Assembly (NCBI GenBank): GCA_036339735.1 | Contig: JAYZAL010000077.1 | Location: forward strand, 49,810-113,809 | Source: Candidatus Poribacteria bacterium | Lineage (GTDB): Bacteria; Poribacteria; WGA-4E; UBA9662 | Direction: 5' to 3' | DNA length: 64,000 nucleotides | Shown: piece by piece, positions 28,393 through 38,845 of the stretch | How the letters are laid out: each line of letters starts with the position of its first letter | Position numbering within the stretch: position 1 is the first letter of the stretch | Position numbers and translations under genes: made by a program | Notes under the pieces: generated by a model | Database searches by the model: none | Seen by the model: only the letters and a program-made list of their open reading frames with translations | What the model was told of the DNA's origin: nothing

Positions 28393-30813
28393 TCACCAAT
28401 CAAATGTTTTTTGCCAGCTGTTTTTGAGATCAATAATTTCTGATTTCAGAATGGTTCTACCTGTAATACCTTTAATTATCAAAGTCGGTTGCTCAGTCGT
28501 ATGTCCAATTAAACCATTAGGAATTCCCTCAAGCAAACGCTCGAACTGGTCCTTTTTGTCAGGGGTAATCTCAATCACAAACCGACTATTAGATTCAGAA
28601 AATAGAATATTATCGTCTCGGTTAAGATCTGCTGAGCGTGGCAGTGAAGACATATCCAAATTCATACCGAAGCCACCTGAAAATGCCATTTCAGCAACAG
28701 TCACACCTATACCACCTTCGGAGCAATCGTGGCAAGCCACGACCATCCCTTGGTTAATAGCGTGACAAACAGACTCCATCACTGACTTACCTTCCGCTGT
28801 CCTAACAATAGGAACATTTTCTCCCAGTAATTCTTGTAAACTAAGATAGTGAGACCCACCCATTTCATCATAAGTTTTCCCGACGACATAGATCAAATTC
28901 CCGGCGGATTTAGCATCCATTGTCACTGCTTTGCGAATATCGTCGATAACTGTAATGGCACTGATCAATAGTGTTCCTGGAATTGCCATTTGTTCGCCAG
29001 TTTCATTGTTACGATACTCATTATAAAGGCTATCTTTACCGGAAATAAAAGGAGTGCGGTAAGCTATGGCGATATCGTGACAAGCCTGAGCAGCTCGCAC
29101 TAAACCGCCCAGCCGATCTGGTTTATCCGGGTTACCCCAGCTAAAGTTATCCAGGAGGGCGATTCTGTCGAAATTTCCACCAACAGCCACTGCATTCCGT
29201 ATAGCTTCATCAATAGCAGAGGCTGCCATGTGGTAGGGGTCAAGGTCACCATATTTGGGATTAATACCATTTGCGACTACTACACCTTTTGATTGACCTA
29301 GTACAGGAACAGTTATACAGGCGTCGCTGGGACCATCGTTAGTTTTTCCAACTAGTGGCTTGACAATCAATCCACCTTGAACTTCGTGGTCATACTGCCG
29401 AATAACCCACTCTTTACTTGCAACATTGGGACTGGATAAAATTTTGTGTAAGCTGTTAGTCAGATCAATGGGTTCGTTAAGTTGGGGCGTCTGAAGATTA
29501 TCAGGCCGTCGCCAAATTGCTTTCTTAGTAATTCTTGGAACACCATTATGAAGAAAATCCATTTCTAGGTCTGCCACCAATTGGTCGTCATAGTAGACCT
29601 GCAGTTTTTTGCTGTCTGTGAATGTACCAAGGACAGTAGCCTCAACAGATTCCGAATCACAAATCGCTAAAAGTGAAGGTAAATTTGGGGGGGGGACAGC
29701 AATAACCATCCTTTCTTGCGCTTCCGACAACCATATTTCCCAGGGCTCTAGACCATCATATTTAAGAGGGACCTTTTCTAAATGAACTTCAGCCCCGGTA
29801 TCTTGCCCCATTTCTCCGACAGCTGAAGAAAATCCCCCAGCTCCACAATCGGTAATAAAGCTGTATAAATCTGCATCGCGCGCTTTCATCAAAGCATCAG
29901 TAATTTTTTTCTCCACTATCGGATTACCGATTTGCACCACGCTACCCAAATTTTCTGAGGTCTCATCTAATTCTAGTGACGAAAAAGTTGCACCATGAAT
30001 TCCATCACGGCCAGTGCGTCCTCCAAGAGCAACAATCAAGTCTCCCGGTGAAATCTGTTTTTCGCAACGATTCTTGGGAATAAGACCAACATTACCACAA
30101 TATACTAGGGGGTTACTGCTATAACGAGTGTCAAATAAAATAGCCCCGTTAGCTGTGGGAATACCCATCCGATTACCGTAATCCCGGACCCCAGCCACGA
30201 CGCCTTTAAAGACACGTTTGGGGTGTAAAGTACCTTTTGGTAAGCTTTCTGGATCAGCTGACGGGAAGCCAAAACAGAAAACATTGGTATTGAGGATTGG
30301 CTTGGCCCCCAATCCAGTACCTAGAGAATCACGAATTACCCCGCCAATGCCAGTACCAGCGCCACCATACGGTTCGATAGCTGATGGGTGGTTATGAGTT
30401 TCAACCTTAAAAACAATATTGTAATTATCATCAAAAGCAATAATGCCAGCATTATCGACAAACACAGAAACACACCAGTCTCGGTCGAGTTTATTGGTTG
30501 CTTCGGCAATGGTGGTTTTGAGAAGGCCATCGATTATTACTGGTGCTTGGTCGTTTTCAATGTACTCTATAATGCCACGGAAGGTTTTATGTACACAGTG
30601 CTCTGACCAAGTCTGGGCTAATGTTTCTAATTCTACATCGGTCGGATCTCTGTCTTGACGCCGAAAATAATCTTGGATTGCCTGCATTTCGGTTAAATTG
30701 AGAGATAATAAGCCTTGTCGGCTAATTTCTTCCAATTCAGTGTCGCTAGCGAGGCAAATAGGTACAGTTTCTAAGTTCATACGGTTTTCTAATAACTTTT
30801 GGATATAGGCCAT
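28393..30813 (-). CDS. purL: Phosphoribosylformylglycinamidine synthase subunit PurL
   Basis: QTWSEHCVHK, KVETHNHPSAIEPYGGAGTG, DCGAGG, QYDHEV, ISGKDSLYN, HDCSEGG. Confidence 0.96.
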   Translation of the reverse strand: MAYIQKLLENRMNLETVPICLASDTELEEISRQGLLSLNLTEMQAIQDYFRRQDRDPTDVELETLAQTWSEHCVHKTFRGIIEYIENDQAPVIIDGLLKTTIAEATNKLDRDWCVSVFVDNAGIIAFDDNYNIVFKVETHNHPSAIEPYGGAGTGIGGVIRDSLGTGLGAKPILNTNVFCFGFPSADPESLPKGTLHPKRVFKGVVAGVRDYGNRMGIPTANGAILFDTRYSSNPLVYCGNVGLIPKNRCEKQISPGDLIVALGGRTGRDGIHGATFSSLELDETSENLGSVVQIGNPIVEKKITDALMKARDADLYSFITDCGAGGFSSAVGEMGQDTGAEVHLEKVPLKYDGLEPWEIWLSEAQERMVIAVPPPNLPSLLAICDSESVEATVLGTFTDSKKLQVYYDDQLVADLEMDFLHNGVPRITKKAIWRRPDNLQTPQLNEPIDLTNSLHKILSSPNVASKEWVIRQYDHEVQGGLIVKPLVGKTNDGPSDACITVPVLGQSKGVVVANGINPKYGDLDPYHMAASAIDEAIRNAVAVGGNFDRIALLDNFSWGNPDKPDRLGGLVRAAQACHDIAIAYRTPFISGKDSLYNEYRNNETGEQMAIPGTLLISAITVIDDIRKAVTMDAKSAGNLIYVVGKTYDEMGGSHYLSLQELLGENVPIVRTAEGKSVMESVCHAINQGMVVACHDCSEGGIGVTVAEMAFSGGFGMNLDMSSLPRSADLNRDDNILFSESNSRFVIEITPDKKDQFERLLEGIPNGLIGHTTEQPTLIIKGITGRTILKSEIIDLKNSWQKTFDW

Positions 30814-30907
30814 GCATTGGGGTTAACCCCAACAACGATGTAACAAACTGAAGGGCAACAAGTATACCATACAGAGTTGATGTCTACATGTTGAACCCGA
30901 CAAAACT

Positions 30908-33900
30908 TTATTTTAAAATCACCATTTTTCTTGTTTCTCTGTAATCGCCAGCCTGTAACTGATAAAAGTAAGTACCGCTGGCAACCGATTCTCCGTTTTC
31001 AGTTTGACCGTCCCAGTATATCGCCTGGTCGGGCTGGGCGTAGTTTCCAGCTGTCAAGCGACCCAAGTCTATTTTTCGAACCAATTGCCCCTCAACATCA
31101 TAGATATTTAGGGTTACTAATTCAACGTGGCCTAGTTGAAATGGTATCCAAGTTGACGGGTTAAATGGGTTTGGGTAATTGGCCAGCAATCTTGTTTTGG
31201 TTGGTTGTTTTTTTTCTTGTTGTATTTGCCTCAAGTTCAGTATACCAGAGCGGAACATTATTCTTTCTGTTTCCGAAACAAGAGGTAATTTGGCATTTGC
31301 CGATTGAATCCACTGTTCAATTAGCAAATCAGTATTAAAAATCGCAGGCGCAGATGATGACTGACCGAATTTTTGGCCGATCAGTATTAGATCAGTTAAG
31401 TTAATTAAGCTATCTTTGTTTACATCCAGACGATTTTCTCCAATTGATGAATGTTCTAATTTTTCGGCGACCATTATGAGATCAAAGATATTAATCTCTC
31501 CGTCTAAGTTCACGTCACACTCATCTGCAACCATGATCTTTATATGCTGCTCTATGAGTGTAGAACTAGTAATGCGCTGATCATTATTATTGATAATAAT
31601 CAATTGGCTTACTTGAATGGTTGTTGTTTCTGTTTTCTGACTTGTTATAAGAGAACGGAAAGTAACAGTTGCTAGTGTCCCGCTGCCACTACTAGCAATT
31701 GGATCAAGAGATGTTGCACCCAAACCAATAATTTGATTACTCTTGACTCGACCCGCCTGAAATAAAGATTGTGTTTTCTTTAGAAAGTCTCCTTCTTCAA
31801 CACTGACAACTGCTAATTTGTCAGCATCATACTCAAGATCTAGTTTCCAACTGACCAAACCCGAACAATTACTAAGCTGAATATGTGTTTCAAATATCTG
31901 ATTCTGATAAACATTATCATTTGATTGACTTAGAAAAAGATGGTTCGGCTGATCGGCCGGCGATTCTAATCTTAAGGTTTCAGTTGCTGATTGTCCATTG
32001 TCTGTAGTAGCAGTAATTTGAATTTTTCCAGCCTGCAAACCGGATTTGTAAGTCGTGTAATAGTTACCATCAAAACTATCTTGTACTGGATTCAGTTGAC
32101 CAAATTTGTCTTTGTGAGTAGATGCTATTGGTTGACAGCTAAACAAGTCTTTAAAAACAGATGACGGTTTGTGTTCATTACAACTACCTAAGATCAGTTG
32201 TAGTGACTGATTGGGCAATCCTCGGCCATTGCCGTCTAAAACGGTGATTTTGATGTCGACTACTGAAGTACCATCGGCCCAAGTGGTTGATTTAGAAAGT
32301 TCTATCGTTACTTTTTCTGCAGAACCCACTACAGGCTTCTTAATTTCTTCGCCTGTTACATTGATATGAACTTCAGACTCCAGTTGCACCTTATCACAAA
32401 AGGCTCGAATGATCTTTTTTCCGGGTGTTAATGGTGTCAAAAGAATTGTTGTCCGTCCATATTTATCTGTCGGCGTGTATCCATTTACTGATATGCCCTC
32501 TGACGGAAACGCTGTCAGGCGCACTTCCCGATTAGGCAAAGACATTCCATCTGAGCTAGTTAGTTTGATAAATAACCGAACAACTTCTCCGGTTTTTGCT
32601 GTATCTGAACGACTAGCCTTAAAAATCGATTTTTGACTAGAGGCGGAAACAGGACTTAAAACAAGCGAAGTATGTCCAACTTTTGATCTTGTACTTGGTG
32701 GTAAGTTACCAATTTCTACCGTCAGATGGGCTAGCCCAGGATCATTGAGTCCGTAAAAATGGGTGACATAGTTGCCACCCCCAACATTAGTTGCTGGTGA
32801 GTCCACACGACCTCGGTCTGATTTAACAAGAACTAAAGCCGTATTTATGGGTTGTCCGTTTTTATCCTTTACGGTAATAGCCACGGATGTTTGTGCCTGA
32901 GGGTGTGCCAGAATATTTGTTTCACTGGCTTGAACAAAGATGTCCCCAATTTCCTTAATACCAAAATCGACTGTTACACCTAACTTTTCTAGTTCACTGA
33001 CTTGTGTTTGAATAGTTGTGTGGCTCAATGGATTTCCTGATAGTTTAAGCGATTTTAGGGAAAGAAAGTTTTTCAGAAAATTAACATCAACTTCGACCAA
33101 TCCTAGAGCAGAAAAATCTAAATCGGTTATCGAAACCACATTTGATGGTGTGAGCCTCTCTATCTGAGATGATTCAGGTAAAGCGGCACGTACTCGGGAT
33201 TCGACGGCAGGTAGTGCGATAGGTATGACATCGTCTGGAATACGATCCAAATAAATCACTTGTAACCCTTCTGACTGGAGTTGTTTAAGGTCATGAGTAA
33301 TTGAAACATTGTTGAGCGGGTTTTGAGTTAGCCAAATTTGACCTGTTGACTTTTGTATCTGATTGTTTGTCGAAAGTAAGCTGTCTCGTAAAGGTCTGAT
33401 GTGACGAATAGAATTATTGGATAAGTCAAGCCATTTGGTGACTTGGGGTAAATGCGACAGTGGCCTGATATCGGAAATATAATTATGGGATAGATTAAGT
33501 TGACGTATCTGGTTCAGAGGCGTCAAGGGAACAATATCGGTCAGATAATTACGAGAAAGATCCAGCTCGACTAATTGTATTAGTTTTTCTAATGGTGTCA
33601 GGTCTGAGATGGTATTGGCACCCAATTTTAGCCTCTTGAGATTGGTAAGTTGAGTTAGTGGGTTGATATCGGATAGATGAAGTTGAATTTTTTGATTGTA
33701 GTTACCTGTCAGGGTTAGCGTTGTCAATTGTTTCAAATTAACCAACGCTGATAGATCAGTTATTTGATTGTGGCTACAATAAAGATTCTCTAATTGGTTC
33801 ATTTGTTGAAGAGGAAGTAGATTGCCGATTTGATTTCCATTGAGAGATAGAAATACGAGATTAGTCAATTTAGACAAAGGTGTTAAATCTTTGACTTGAT

Positions 33901-34933
33901 TGTTGTCTAAAGATAAATGCGTAAGTGTTGGAATTTTGCCAATAATGGATAGATCAGTTATTTGATTCAGAGATAAATTGAGTCGTTGTAAGTTAGTACA
34001 ATTGGATAAGCCGGCTAAATCGAAAATGCTCAGGTCTATAGCTCTGAGTTCAGTCAATTGGGCTAAATGGTATTCTGTTAAGCGAGATCCAGGAATTCTA
34101 TTACCCTGAGTCATTGCATTAGCAGTAATTTGGTTTCTCAAGGCTCTTTCTAAATTTGGATCTTTAAAAGCAACTACAGGAGAAACAATTGGCTGTATCG
34201 AGTTGTTCTCTGTCAGAATTAATTCAACCGGTTGCCGCAATTGAGTGGTTATATGCAAATCATCTAAACGACCATTTGCCACTTCGGTCGAGGATAAAGT
34301 GTGAGGCGCTGTTACTGTTTCGTTTTGATAGGGTTCGGTGTATGCTAGAATCGTATCTCCTGTAGAAACTAAAAAGCCTATTTGGTTGGTTATTACAACA
34401 GAGTAATATCCATCATGATTGGTGGTTGTTTCTTGTACTAGATTGTTAATTTTAACGAAGACCTTCAGGCCTTGACCAACACCTGAAACACCGTCACTCA
34501 GGTAAATTTTACCGCTGACCTGTAAACGATTCGCGCGAGCCAATAAGGCTGTTTTTAGGTCGACTGAAACTCGGCCACTCTTGATATGCGACAGATTTAA
34601 AACCAGATTCGTTTCTTCAATTCCTCCAGCTGAATCATCAATTGTGATCTTTAACTCGTCTCCCAACTGAGCCACTGGCTGTAATGGATCAAAAAAGGTG
34701 ATATTGTACCTACTATTTTCATCAGTCTCGACTGTTTGACTGAGATTTAATCGTTCGTTGTCTATAGTTGCCTTTAGGCCAGCAGGAGCATCAACGCTTC
34801 CATTCTCTAAAAAGACTTTGCCTTCTATGACCAGCACCGTAGTCAGAAGGGGTGGGTCGGCTGGCGCTTCTTCCCCTGAACCTTCAAAAGCAATGAATAG
34901 GAGATAGGCAAAAAACAGAAAATAGATTCTCAT
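30908..34933 (-). CDS. Large secreted protein: Ig-like repeats, internalin-type LRRs, invasin-like Ig domains, cohesin, dockerin, C-terminal FlgD/T9SS-like domain
   Basis: Signal peptide; LxLxxNxIxDLxPL repeats; WKLDLEYDADKLAVVSVEEGDFL; DVNLDGEINIFDL; LLANYPNPFNPSTWIPFQL...WDGQTENGESVASGTYFY. Confidence 0.85.
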   Translation of the reverse strand: MRIYFLFFAYLLFIAFEGSGEEAPADPPLLTTVLVIEGKVFLENGSVDAPAGLKATIDNERLNLSQTVETDENSRYNITFFDPLQPVAQLGDELKITIDDSAGGIEETNLVLNLSHIKSGRVSVDLKTALLARANRLQVSGKIYLSDGVSGVGQGLKVFVKINNLVQETTTNHDGYYSVVITNQIGFLVSTGDTILAYTEPYQNETVTAPHTLSSTEVANGRLDDLHITTQLRQPVELILTENNSIQPIVSPVVAFKDPNLERALRNQITANAMTQGNRIPGSRLTEYHLAQLTELRAIDLSIFDLAGLSNCTNLQRLNLSLNQITDLSIIGKIPTLTHLSLDNNQVKDLTPLSKLTNLVFLSLNGNQIGNLLPLQQMNQLENLYCSHNQITDLSALVNLKQLTTLTLTGNYNQKIQLHLSDINPLTQLTNLKRLKLGANTISDLTPLEKLIQLVELDLSRNYLTDIVPLTPLNQIRQLNLSHNYISDIRPLSHLPQVTKWLDLSNNSIRHIRPLRDSLLSTNNQIQKSTGQIWLTQNPLNNVSITHDLKQLQSEGLQVIYLDRIPDDVIPIALPAVESRVRAALPESSQIERLTPSNVVSITDLDFSALGLVEVDVNFLKNFLSLKSLKLSGNPLSHTTIQTQVSELEKLGVTVDFGIKEIGDIFVQASETNILAHPQAQTSVAITVKDKNGQPINTALVLVKSDRGRVDSPATNVGGGNYVTHFYGLNDPGLAHLTVEIGNLPPSTRSKVGHTSLVLSPVSASSQKSIFKASRSDTAKTGEVVRLFIKLTSSDGMSLPNREVRLTAFPSEGISVNGYTPTDKYGRTTILLTPLTPGKKIIRAFCDKVQLESEVHINVTGEEIKKPVVGSAEKVTIELSKSTTWADGTSVVDIKITVLDGNGRGLPNQSLQLILGSCNEHKPSSVFKDLFSCQPIASTHKDKFGQLNPVQDSFDGNYYTTYKSGLQAGKIQITATTDNGQSATETLRLESPADQPNHLFLSQSNDNVYQNQIFETHIQLSNCSGLVSWKLDLEYDADKLAVVSVEEGDFLKKTQSLFQAGRVKSNQIIGLGATSLDPIASSGSGTLATVTFRSLITSQKTETTTIQVSQLIIINNNDQRITSSTLIEQHIKIMVADECDVNLDGEINIFDLIMVAEKLEHSSIGENRLDVNKDSLINLTDLILIGQKFGQSSSAPAIFNTDLLIEQWIQSANAKLPLVSETERIMFRSGILNLRQIQQEKKQPTKTRLLANYPNPFNPSTWIPFQLGHVELVTLNIYDVEGQLVRKIDLGRLTAGNYAQPDQAIYWDGQTENGESVASGTYFYQLQAGDYRETRKMVILK

Positions 34934-34939
34934 TTCGAC

Positions 34940-37720
34940 TTATTTTATTATAACCATTGGCGAGTTCGCAGTAACTTCTTTGCAGTTGCCAACTACCAGA
35001 GTGCAGAAATAAACACCACTCGGAACCAATTCTCCACTGTTGGTTCTACCATCCCAGTATGCTGATTGGGCGGGAGATAAATAGGCTCCGCTCGCCAGCG
35101 GTCCCAAATCAAGAGACCGTATTAATCTTCCACTAGAGTCGTAAATAGTAATTGTCCCATCCTGACCGTTATTCTCGGGACTGATAGTAAAGGGTATCCA
35201 TGTTTCAGGATTAAATGGGTTAGGGTAATTAAGTAGAATTCGTGTAGAATTTACTTGATTCAGATGAGTTGAACATTTTAGTAAGCTAATTACGGTTTGA
35301 ATGTTTTTATCGGTATCAGTCCAGCTTTCTAATTGCTCAAGTAAGTGAATTAGTAACAGGTTTTGGTCATGGTCTAAATTGATTAATGAAGGTGCGGTAG
35401 TGGCTTCTTCGATTTTCCCATAGTACTTAGCAACCATCACCAAATCCAAAATATTAACTTGGCCATCTGCATTAACATCGCCGGGTAATTTGTCGCCTTC
35501 TTGAGAGAAATGACGGCCCACCGTAACTAAGTCGAGCACATCGACTTGTCCATCTCTATTAGCGTCTCCTGGCAGAATGCCAATGACTGTGATAACTGAG
35601 TTAGAAATTTGAGCTGGTAGGATTTGACCGTTTGGGGCACCCAATTGTGCATTTTTCAGCTCGAAATCACTTTTTCCAATACCAATCGTTTTGAAAGATA
35701 ATTCCACCAGTTGGCCTGTTCCTTTCGATCCGCCAGGAAACAAGCACGTTGCTAGCAGACGCCGAATAAGCCCCCGATCGTTATCCGGAATTCCCGGCTC
35801 GAAGTATATTTTATCACTATCAGCTCCCAAAAAATCGCGAATCGTAGCCGCCTGAAAGCTTAAAATTTTCGGATTATAGGAAACATCAAAAGACCAGCCA
35901 GCCGTTGAGGTTTCAGTTTCGATTGTAACCTCAACGGTCAGATTTTGTCCGAGATATACCATTTGAGGATGCACCAAATCAATTTTTGATTTAGGTAGAT
36001 TAGGCACACTAGGTGGAATTATCTTGTCTAGTACGGTCACCGTTGTTGATATTGGTCGAGCACTCTGGTTTTCGGATTCTGCCTGAAATAGTATGGTGTA
36101 AATGCCAATTTTCTCGAAGTTACTATAGACTAGCTCGTAGGTGTTCGTTTTGTCTTGATTTGTCTCGGTTTGAACTAAATCTTGGTTAGTAAAAAAATGA
36201 TCTATTTTATCGTAATTATCCTCTACGGATTCTATATCGGAACGCGGTGAAAAAATGGTAGCAAACACACGATCGGCTGACTGACCTGACACTTGAATGG
36301 GTATGATAGTATCATTGGTTTCGCCAGACCGAATCATAACCGGGTCGGGTGGATTTTCAAAAAATAAAGTTGGAGCAAGCGTCTGCGGGCTTAGAGATAT
36401 ACGTTGTTGTCCCAATTGACTGAAATCAGTCCATTCATTAGATTGACTATCCCCATCACTTGCCAACTGTGGTGATTGGCTTCTGTAGGGTGCTGGTAAA
36501 TGGCGTATGGTTTCAACTACATACTTGAAAGATTGAGCTATAGTATGGTTTTTCTTCAAATGTTGGCAAAATAAGGAAGTGAAGCCAAAAGACGAAAATG
36601 TATAACTCGGCTGGTCTGCTTGGCTACTAGTGATTATAGTACCGTTAGATACAGTAAGTAGTGGTTGTAAAAAACGCCCACTGTAGCTGGCATCGATAAT
36701 AACTGTCGTTGATTTTAAAGGGGAGATCCAAGAAGATAAATGCGATGGAGATAACTCGACTAATTCATTATTGTTATTAGTCAGTAAAATTTGCCCGCTC
36801 TCGTTACCTGATAACAAATACAAATAGAGAGGCTTATTTGTAGAAGGGTCAGACCATTCAGTAAGGGTTGATTTCAAGGTCTCGATCGTGGCTTCGGTCT
36901 CTGAAAGATCTGTTGGTATTGCAGATAAGAAACGAATGTCTTGATTTGAATTAAAACCACTCTCGAAAAAGGTTTGATATACAGTCTGACTTAGTTCGTT
37001 AAAAAACGGCTCATTCTTTTTTTCTAACAGGTGTCCTAACACAATAATTACTTGCCCAGCTTGGTTAACCACCATAAAATCAAATGTTTCTTGGACTGAT
37101 TGATAATTGGCGTCTCCAGACCAAGTCAATTTCATTTGCCATTGGCCGATTTGGTTAGGTGTGAGATTATAAGTGTAGGACCCGTTTGGTTGAGTCGTAA
37201 TCCTTTTTTGAATGTAGGCTCCATCAGGTGGCGTAACGACTAAATTAATTGGGCATGGTTCAGATATACTAGCTTGTAGGTACCCCCGAAGAATGGTGTC
37301 TTGACCAAGCTTAGTCACAGATTGACTGAGATTCAAAAAATGAGCCTGCCCTTTTTTCACTAACATCGAACTTTCTCTTTGTAGAAGTTTTAGGTTTCCT
37401 TTATTCCTAACTTCCACATCAATTAGCCAGACACCAACAGCATCCACTTGGTATTGTTTGCCAAGACTGAATTGGCCATCTGCACTTGCCGCTATCTCAA
37501 AGTTATCAAAATGGCCACTCGGACGGACCAGAGTAATGATAATAGTTTGATCAGTTAAATTGCTGTCTACCATACCTTCAATCTCCAAAGATTGACCGTA
37601 AGTAACAACCTCCTGTTCAAAGAGTGAGAAATAGATCTGAGCAGGCATTTCTACTAATTGTGCTGCAGCATAGTTAAGAAAAATAAAAGGGAGGATGAAG
37701 CGAAGTAAGCGCGAATTCAT
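34940..37720 (-). CDS. Large secreted protein: Ig-like domains, degenerate C13/caspase-like domain, cohesin, dockerin, C-terminal FlgD/T9SS-like domain
   Basis: Signal peptide; PLYLYLLSG, VIIDASYSGRF; WSFDVSYNPKILSF; GDANRDGQVDVLDL and GDVNADGQVNILDL; LLNYPNPFNPETWIPF. Confidence 0.8.
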   Translation of the reverse strand: MNSRLLRFILPFIFLNYAAAQLVEMPAQIYFSLFEQEVVTYGQSLEIEGMVDSNLTDQTIIITLVRPSGHFDNFEIAASADGQFSLGKQYQVDAVGVWLIDVEVRNKGNLKLLQRESSMLVKKGQAHFLNLSQSVTKLGQDTILRGYLQASISEPCPINLVVTPPDGAYIQKRITTQPNGSYTYNLTPNQIGQWQMKLTWSGDANYQSVQETFDFMVVNQAGQVIIVLGHLLEKKNEPFFNELSQTVYQTFFESGFNSNQDIRFLSAIPTDLSETEATIETLKSTLTEWSDPSTNKPLYLYLLSGNESGQILLTNNNNELVELSPSHLSSWISPLKSTTVIIDASYSGRFLQPLLTVSNGTIITSSQADQPSYTFSSFGFTSLFCQHLKKNHTIAQSFKYVVETIRHLPAPYRSQSPQLASDGDSQSNEWTDFSQLGQQRISLSPQTLAPTLFFENPPDPVMIRSGETNDTIIPIQVSGQSADRVFATIFSPRSDIESVEDNYDKIDHFFTNQDLVQTETNQDKTNTYELVYSNFEKIGIYTILFQAESENQSARPISTTVTVLDKIIPPSVPNLPKSKIDLVHPQMVYLGQNLTVEVTIETETSTAGWSFDVSYNPKILSFQAATIRDFLGADSDKIYFEPGIPDNDRGLIRRLLATCLFPGGSKGTGQLVELSFKTIGIGKSDFELKNAQLGAPNGQILPAQISNSVITVIGILPGDANRDGQVDVLDLVTVGRHFSQEGDKLPGDVNADGQVNILDLVMVAKYYGKIEEATTAPSLINLDHDQNLLLIHLLEQLESWTDTDKNIQTVISLLKCSTHLNQVNSTRILLNYPNPFNPETWIPFTISPENNGQDGTITIYDSSGRLIRSLDLGPLASGAYLSPAQSAYWDGRTNSGELVPSGVYFCTLVVGNCKEVTANSPMVIIK

Positions 37721-37746
37721 TAGATAAATATGTTTGGGTATTTTGA

Positions 37747-38193
37747 CTACTGGAATAAGGTATGTAAATACATACTATGTGGAAAAACAAAGATATGAAT
37801 TATCAGCCAAACGCAGGATGCTAAGCGTGCATAATTGACCAAAAAGGGGAAGTGTTGTCCAAGATAATATCCAATAACCAAGACAAAAGGGTCAGTAATT
37901 AGGCGATTCCCCCAAAACTCGATTCCTTGAAACCAGTTAGACACGGCAGAACCCATTAAGCCTGTTTCTAAGTAATGCTCAGTGGTTTCCCAGAAGTACG
38001 CTAAAAACAATACACCAATCAGATCAAAGTAATTAGTTCGAATTAATGATCGGTCTGATCCTAAAAGATTTGCGTAGATACGTTGGTGCAAGCTATTGAC
38101 AATTTTGCCAACTGAGATTCCACTGAGCAGATGTTCAATTGACCACACGTCTAAAAAGGCAACGGTTTTCAATCCCCACAAACATTCGATCAT
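37747..38193 (-). CDS. Hypothetical membrane protein
   Basis: FLDVWSIEH, YFWETTEH, EFWGNRLITD; hydrophobic helices. Confidence 0.7.
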   Translation of the reverse strand: MIECLWGLKTVAFLDVWSIEHLLSGISVGKIVNSLHQRIYANLLGSDRSLIRTNYFDLIGVLFLAYFWETTEHYLETGLMGSAVSNWFQGIEFWGNRLITDPFVLVIGYYLGQHFPFLVNYARLASCVWLIIHIFVFPHSMYLHTLFQ

Positions 38194-38215
38194 TAGGCTA
38201 TGGTATATTTTTAGA

Positions 38216-38833
38216 TCACAGCTTTTTTAAGCGGGCGAAAAGCTCTTTCCCGACACGTTTTTCAATCGAGTGTGGCGATACCTTCATCTCTATAACTTCA
38301 AACTTGTCCGAAAACAGAGATCGAACTTCATCCTCTGTAGTACCGAAGGGAGGACCTTGGTCGGGTGGTAGTAGATAAAAGACGGCCAGTAATATTCCCT
38401 TAGGCTTTAAGATTTTATGAACCATATTGACGTACTCTGGCCTTCGTGCTGGGTCAATCGCACAAAAACACGTATATTCGACGATGTAATCAAAAGTGAG
38501 AGCGTGTGACTGTGGCAAATCAAAAATATCAGCCTGTTGTAGATCTACCTGAAACTTCGTTGTTTGGATTTTTTCCTTAACCGCTTGAATAGCCGGGGCT
38601 GAGAAGTCGACTGCAGTTACTTCAAATCCCTTCTCAGCAAATAGCAGAACATCATTACCGCGTCCACAACCAATTACTGCGACCTGACCTGATTCTGGTG
38701 CATCTGATCGATCTAAGTAGGCAACGAAAGGTGGCGCTGGCTGACCAATGTCCCAACCGGGAATAACTTCTTCATCGTAAATCTGTTCCCAAAAACCAAC
38801 TTGATTGACATCATTTGCCTTTGTTTCTGTCAT
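38216..38833 (-). CDS. TPMT/thiol-type class I SAM methyltransferase
   Basis: FWEQIY, WDIGQPAP, VIGCGRGND, EYTCFCAIDP, GPPFG. Confidence 0.88.
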   Translation of the reverse strand: MTETKANDVNQVGFWEQIYDEEVIPGWDIGQPAPPFVAYLDRSDAPESGQVAVIGCGRGNDVLLFAEKGFEVTAVDFSAPAIQAVKEKIQTTKFQVDLQQADIFDLPQSHALTFDYIVEYTCFCAIDPARRPEYVNMVHKILKPKGILLAVFYLLPPDQGPPFGTTEDEVRSLFSDKFEVIEMKVSPHSIEKRVGKELFARLKKL

Positions 38834-38845
38834 AATTCAATTTTT

